From positions 111,276 to 175,275 of the forward strand of contig NZ_QEAS01000001.1 of assembly GCF_003130405.1 (NCBI RefSeq): a stretch of 64,000 bases of DNA. Direction: 5' to 3'. The notes under the pieces are model-generated. The model did no database searches. It saw only the letters and a program-made list of their open reading frames with translations, and was not told the DNA's origin. Every line of letters starts with the position of its first letter. Position 1 is the stretch's first letter. Shown piece by piece: positions 59,841 through 64,000 of this stretch. This stretch comes from Pararcticibacter amylolyticus. Lineage in GTDB: Bacteria; Bacteroidota; Bacteroidia; Sphingobacteriales; Sphingobacteriaceae. Both the position numbers and the translations under genes were made by a program.

Positions 59841-61298
59841 CTATTGAACACCAGTCCGGGTATCCCACATCATCTTTTTTCCCCAGAAACTATCTTTTAC
59901 CTCAGCGATAGTAGCTTCGCTATTCTTACCATTCAATGTGGTCTCCTCAGTTGGATATGGATATCGGAAGGGAGGACGGCTATGGCCGGGAAATGCAGAT
60001 CCTCTTGCAGCGGACAGGAGAGGAAAGTCAGTTCTGCGTTCCTCTGCCCACGCTTCATGTCCGTTTTTGAAAAGAGCGAGCCATTTTTGAAGATAAATCT
60101 GCCTGACGTTCCCTTTCCACCTTACACCCTCACTGTTTACATAAACACCTATAGCAGCAGTCGCTATTCCATTTTCCGCCAATGAGCCCGAGATACCATT
60201 ATTATAGGCATTCCCGGCCGAAACTCCTTTGGTATTCCAGCCTCTGGAAGCAGCCTCTGCAATAATAAATGCCAGTTCAGCATAGTTCATAAAGGGAGAA
60301 TAACCCGCGGCATCGTCCCTGAACCGGGCGCCAATGCGAGAGAAAAGAGAAAGCGTTGGAGAGTTGACCGGGCCAATCTCCACTCCCCTGTATTCGCCAT
60401 CAGAGGGAGCAGGTTTTGCATAAACCGGAAGACGTGGATCGTTGTACAGCTTCAGTGAGTCAATGATATTCTGACTAGGTCCATGATCATCCCGGGTGCG
60501 CGAATCATTGTTCCATGGTTCTATATAGGGACTACTTCCCGGCCATTTAAAATAAGCGTTGTCCTCATTTCCACCGAAAACAGGATATTTTGAGGGGTCA
60601 GCAAGGATCTCTTCAATGATCGATCTCGCTTGCGCCTGGTCAATGTTCGATATACGTATGGCGACACGAAGCCGCAGAGAATTACAAAATTTCCTCCACT
60701 TTGTTACGTTCCCCCCGTAAAGCAAGTCACCTTCACCCAACTGGTCGGTCCCCCCTCCAGCAAACAAGTCCGCAGCAGACTTCAGCTGAGCTATGATTAC
60801 CGGATAAATATCCTCCTGCTTATCATACTTAGGGGTGACAAAGCCCTTATCTCCCCTGATGGCCTCACTGAAAGGCAAATCCCTCCATCTGTCTGTACCG
60901 ATCTGGAGGATAAAAGCCTGAAGAGTCATCGTTGCCGCCTGCAGGTTTACAGCGCCTGTCGCCTCAGCCTTATCAATTACAAGCTGGGCATTCTTGACGT
61001 CCCTGAAATATTTATTCCAGAGATCCGTGATCGTACCACTCCGGTACATATAGCGTGCTTCATCAATATACTGAATTTTGCCCAGATGCCCACTGAAGGT
61101 CTCCGGCTCATTCATGTTGCCCCAGGCATCATAAAAATTCGCGGAGAAGTCTTGCAGCACATAGGCAAAAACATTGGTTAATGGAGCATCGACCGGTTTA
61201 TTCGGATTTGTATTGATATCCGTGAAGTCCTTTGTACAACTGCTGACAAATGAAACAGCAATCAAACCAGCGGCAATATATTTTGATAGTTTTTTCAT
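59841..61298 (-). CDS. SusD/RagB-family outer-membrane lipoprotein
   Basis: A lipoprotein N-terminus MKKLSKYIAAGLIAVSFVSSC. It sits immediately downstream of a SusC-like gene on the same strand. The start was trimmed from the longer ORF. Confidence 0.8.
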   Translation of the reverse strand: MKKLSKYIAAGLIAVSFVSSCTKDFTDINTNPNKPVDAPLTNVFAYVLQDFSANFYDAWGNMNEPETFSGHLGKIQYIDEARYMYRSGTITDLWNKYFRDVKNAQLVIDKAEATGAVNLQAATMTLQAFILQIGTDRWRDLPFSEAIRGDKGFVTPKYDKQEDIYPVIIAQLKSAADLFAGGGTDQLGEGDLLYGGNVTKWRKFCNSLRLRVAIRISNIDQAQARSIIEEILADPSKYPVFGGNEDNAYFKWPGSSPYIEPWNNDSRTRDDHGPSQNIIDSLKLYNDPRLPVYAKPAPSDGEYRGVEIGPVNSPTLSLFSRIGARFRDDAAGYSPFMNYAELAFIIAEAASRGWNTKGVSAGNAYNNGISGSLAENGIATAAIGVYVNSEGVRWKGNVRQIYLQKWLALFKNGHEAWAEERRTDFPLLSAARGSAFPGHSRPPFRYPYPTEETTLNGKNSEATIAEVKDSFWGKKMMWDTRTGVQ

Positions 61299-61329
61299 AA
61301 CATTCAGTTTATGGTGAAATGGATAATCT

Positions 61330-63984
61330 TTAGAATGTAACATTAAGTTTAAGGCCGATACTTCTGTTAGAAGGAATCTGGTATTGTTCAATACCCAAAC
61401 CATCATTATTTACCCCAAAGCCGGTTTCAGGATCAATATTGGCGAAGTTACTTTTCGATGTATGAAGCATCGCCACGTTATAAGCGAAAAGGGAGAGTCG
61501 GGCGTCTCTGACAAAACCACTCTTAGAAAGCCATTTACGCGGCAATTCATACCCCAACTGTATTTGCCTCAGCTTAATAAAGCTGCCGTCAACAATTCCC
61601 AGTTCCCGGCCGCCCCACAAACTCTGAAAATAGTCTCTTGCGCCTACCGCTTTCGTATTAACCTCTCCCGCCTCTGTCACAACACGCTCATCCGAAAGAA
61701 CGTCCCGGCCCACAACAAGGCCATTTTCACGAATGCCTCCTTTAACAGTTTCTTCGAGAACACCCGACTGGAGGCCAAACCACTGTGACACGCTGAATAC
61801 ATCGCCACCCTTTCTCATATCTATCAGGAAACTGAGCTGAAACTTTTTATAGCTGAATGAATTGCTAATCCCCCCGACCCAGTCGGGTGTGACGTTGCCA
61901 AGCACCTGGGGAGTACTGGTAAATTTTGGAAGACCATCGGACCCGACAATAATAGCACCCGAATCATCACGCTGGAATGCGGTACCCCGCATCACACCAA
62001 ATGCCTCGCCCGGAATAGCGTCAACGGTAAGACTCCATTCAGAAGTAATGTTAAAGGACTCCAGCTTTTGATTGGTGATTGGATCTTCGTACAAATCGGT
62101 CACTTTACTACTGTTTTTAGCCCAGTTGATATCCATATTCCAGTTCAGACCGCTTTCCGACTTCAATATTCCAAGCCCCATCTGAAGCTCAAGTCCCTTG
62201 TTCTGAATTTCGCCTGCATTGAGCTGCATGGACGTAAAGCCTGTAGAACCGGATATATTCACCTTCATGATCTGGTTTTTGCTCTTCTTCTGGTAATAAG
62301 TAGCATCCAGGCCAATTCTTCCGTTCAGAAATTTCAGCTCAGCTCCCAATTCAAAGCTTTTAGCCTTTTCCGGCAGGAGATTCAGAGGAGGAAGTACATT
62401 CGAAATACTGTAAAGCGTAACACCATTAAATGAGGAAGTATTAGGAGTATACGTGGCATTGCTCAGGTAAGCTTCTCCTGCACCTTTACCAACGTCAGCC
62501 CAACTGGTACGCAGCTTACCAAAGCTTAGAAAAGACTGGTTGATATCCAGAGAGTTGGTAAACACCCAACTCAGGCTTGCCGATGGAAAGAAGTAAGACC
62601 AGTTTCCTGCGGGCAAGGTTGAATTCCAGTCGTTCCGCCCCGTGAGCTCAAGATATAAAGCATCCTTATACCCTAAAGATGCCTGCCCGAAAATGCTGTT
62701 TGACCGAATCTGCTGCGTTTCCATAGCCGTGTAAGGCGATCCCTTGGCGTTGCTGATCGTAAAAAGATTTGGTACGGTAAGCTGATCGGCACCTAATGCA
62801 GAATAAATGTATTTATAATTCCTATAGTTAGCTCCCGCAGTATAACTAAGCGACAATTCCGGCGTTAGCTTCCCGCTTCCGCTCAGAACCATGTCAGCAT
62901 TCAACTCGTTCAGGTTATACTGATACTCCCTGAATTTCCCCCCTCCCCAGGTTTTATTGCTCATACTGGTGAGCGTAGAGTTCGATTTGTTGAACGTCAG
63001 TTCCTTTCTCTGTTCAGTCGACCAGTCGTCGCCCACTCTCAGCATCGCATTAAACCAGTCATGAAACTTATAAGAAACGTTAAAATTACCATACATCCGA
63101 TCTTTGTAGCGTGAGTGGGTACTGTTGTAAACATTGAAATACGGGTTATCATGGAAGTTACTATTCCAGTTGTAGGGAAAGCCGTTTGAAAATTCGTTGT
63201 CCCAGTTCGCCTCAAGGTCTTTCATATCCACCTGCCGGCCAAACCACCCACCTATTGACTGCATTGGATTAAAACTATTATATCCCTGCCCTACCAGGTT
63301 ATCATTCTCTGTCCGGATGAAATTGACTACTGTATTGATCTTTAACCGGGAGGTTACGTCCTGGGTCGTATTCAACTGAAGCGTATACCTGGTTTGGTCG
63401 GTATTGGGGATCGTTCCCTTTTGTTTTTGATTACCCAATGAAAAGCGGGTAGAACCTTTATCAGAATTAGTAGTAACTGCAACTGAATTATCTATAGTAG
63501 AACCTGTAGTAAAAAAGTCATTCACATTGTTCGGATGCGAAACCCACGGAGTTGCTATCCGGTCTCCTCTGGCATCCATAGGACTGTTATACTGCGGGAT
63601 CAACAATCCCGCATCTAGTCGTGGGCCCCAGCTCTCATCTACTCCATCATTTACACCATTTCCAAGACCATCAAAATAGCTGAATCCTACCATTTGGGCC
63701 CAGTCCTGGTAACTCACAGGATTCAGTGAATTTGAAGAACCAATATCGGAAAGCTTGAGTGCACCCGACTGATACTGCTTCCACATATATTCCTCCCCAT
63801 ACTTCCCTTGCCCATACTGATTTTGATATTTAGGAAGGATATAAGGATTTTCAAAAGAGAAACCGCCCGAGTAGTTAACAGAAAAGCCCTTTCCTGCTCC
63901 CTTACCAGTTTTGGTAGTAATGATCACCACACCATTTCCCGCCAGTTGCCCATACAGCGCAGCAGCATTGGCTCCCTTGAGCAC
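61330..63984 (-). CDS. SusC/RagA-family TonB-dependent transporter, 5'-truncated by the window end
   Basis: A barrel and plug-like region (VSVLKGANAAALYG, TonB-receptor plug motif) with a C-terminus ending in F. The ORF runs off the window end, so the N-terminus is missing. Confidence 0.8.
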   Translation of the reverse strand: MLKGANAAALYGQLAGNGVVIITTKTGKGAGKGFSVNYSGGFSFENPYILPKYQNQYGQGKYGEEYMWKQYQSGALKLSDIGSSNSLNPVSYQDWAQMVGFSYFDGLGNGVNDGVDESWGPRLDAGLLIPQYNSPMDARGDRIATPWVSHPNNVNDFFTTGSTIDNSVAVTTNSDKGSTRFSLGNQKQKGTIPNTDQTRYTLQLNTTQDVTSRLKINTVVNFIRTENDNLVGQGYNSFNPMQSIGGWFGRQVDMKDLEANWDNEFSNGFPYNWNSNFHDNPYFNVYNSTHSRYKDRMYGNFNVSYKFHDWFNAMLRVGDDWSTEQRKELTFNKSNSTLTSMSNKTWGGGKFREYQYNLNELNADMVLSGSGKLTPELSLSYTAGANYRNYKYIYSALGADQLTVPNLFTISNAKGSPYTAMETQQIRSNSIFGQASLGYKDALYLELTGRNDWNSTLPAGNWSYFFPSASLSWVFTNSLDINQSFLSFGKLRTSWADVGKGAGEAYLSNATYTPNTSSFNGVTLYSISNVLPPLNLLPEKAKSFELGAELKFLNGRIGLDATYYQKKSKNQIMKVNISGSTGFTSMQLNAGEIQNKGLELQMGLGILKSESGLNWNMDINWAKNSSKVTDLYEDPITNQKLESFNITSEWSLTVDAIPGEAFGVMRGTAFQRDDSGAIIVGSDGLPKFTSTPQVLGNVTPDWVGGISNSFSYKKFQLSFLIDMRKGGDVFSVSQWFGLQSGVLEETVKGGIRENGLVVGRDVLSDERVVTEAGEVNTKAVGARDYFQSLWGGRELGIVDGSFIKLRQIQLGYELPRKWLSKSGFVRDARLSLFAYNVAMLHTSKSNFANIDPETGFGVNNDGLGIEQYQIPSNRSIGLKLNVTF

Positions 63985-64000
63985 AGAAACAGATGCGATA

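Noticed and set aside
1-64000. CRISPR arrays, rRNA genes, intact IS elements or prophage genes
   Set aside because: No repeat-spacer periodicity, rRNA-like conserved stretches, transposase or integrase ORFs, or phage structural genes were seen. The only mobile-element trace is the Rpn-like remnant.

Overview
The window looks like a Bacteroidota chromosome segment, probably Sphingobacteriia-like. The evidence is SusC/SusD pairs, T9SS PorP/SprF plus a type-B C-terminal-domain cargo protein, TAnnTTTG -7 promoter boxes, a split KdpD, and GC near the mid-40s percent. Most of the sequence is densely coding. The content includes two SusC/SusD polysaccharide-utilisation-type transporter pairs, one of them behind a FecR anti-sigma factor. 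There is a complete kdpFABC potassium-uptake locus with an embedded porin, a split KdpD sensor, a histidine kinase and a convergent sigma-54-dependent response regulator. Five or more histidine kinases and several response regulators are present, plus a T9SS adhesin locus and assorted stress genes (OsmC, tandem Usp, a flotillin-PAP2 pair). The most unusual item is a histidine kinase at 24332..25576 whose three-helix N-terminal membrane domain closely resembles the plant ETR1 ethylene-binding domain, including the copper-ligand Cys and His and the conserved Asp, Tyr and Ile-Pro positions. Other items worth follow-up are a GLPGLI-family protein paired with an outer-membrane beta-barrel, a histidine kinase to receiver to receiver-nucleotidyl-cyclase phosphorelay, an ECF/FecR module driving an STN-domain outer-membrane protein that is not a SusC, an AT-rich gap holding a promoter to tRNA-like-minihelix to weak-terminator unit, a frameshifted Rpn-family nuclease remnant, a peroxiredoxin-fold protein with no cysteine, and a near-consensus sigma-54 promoter plus two tiny hydrophobic ORFs ahead of kdpA. 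All calls rest on reading the translated ORFs and the DNA by eye; no database search was possible.
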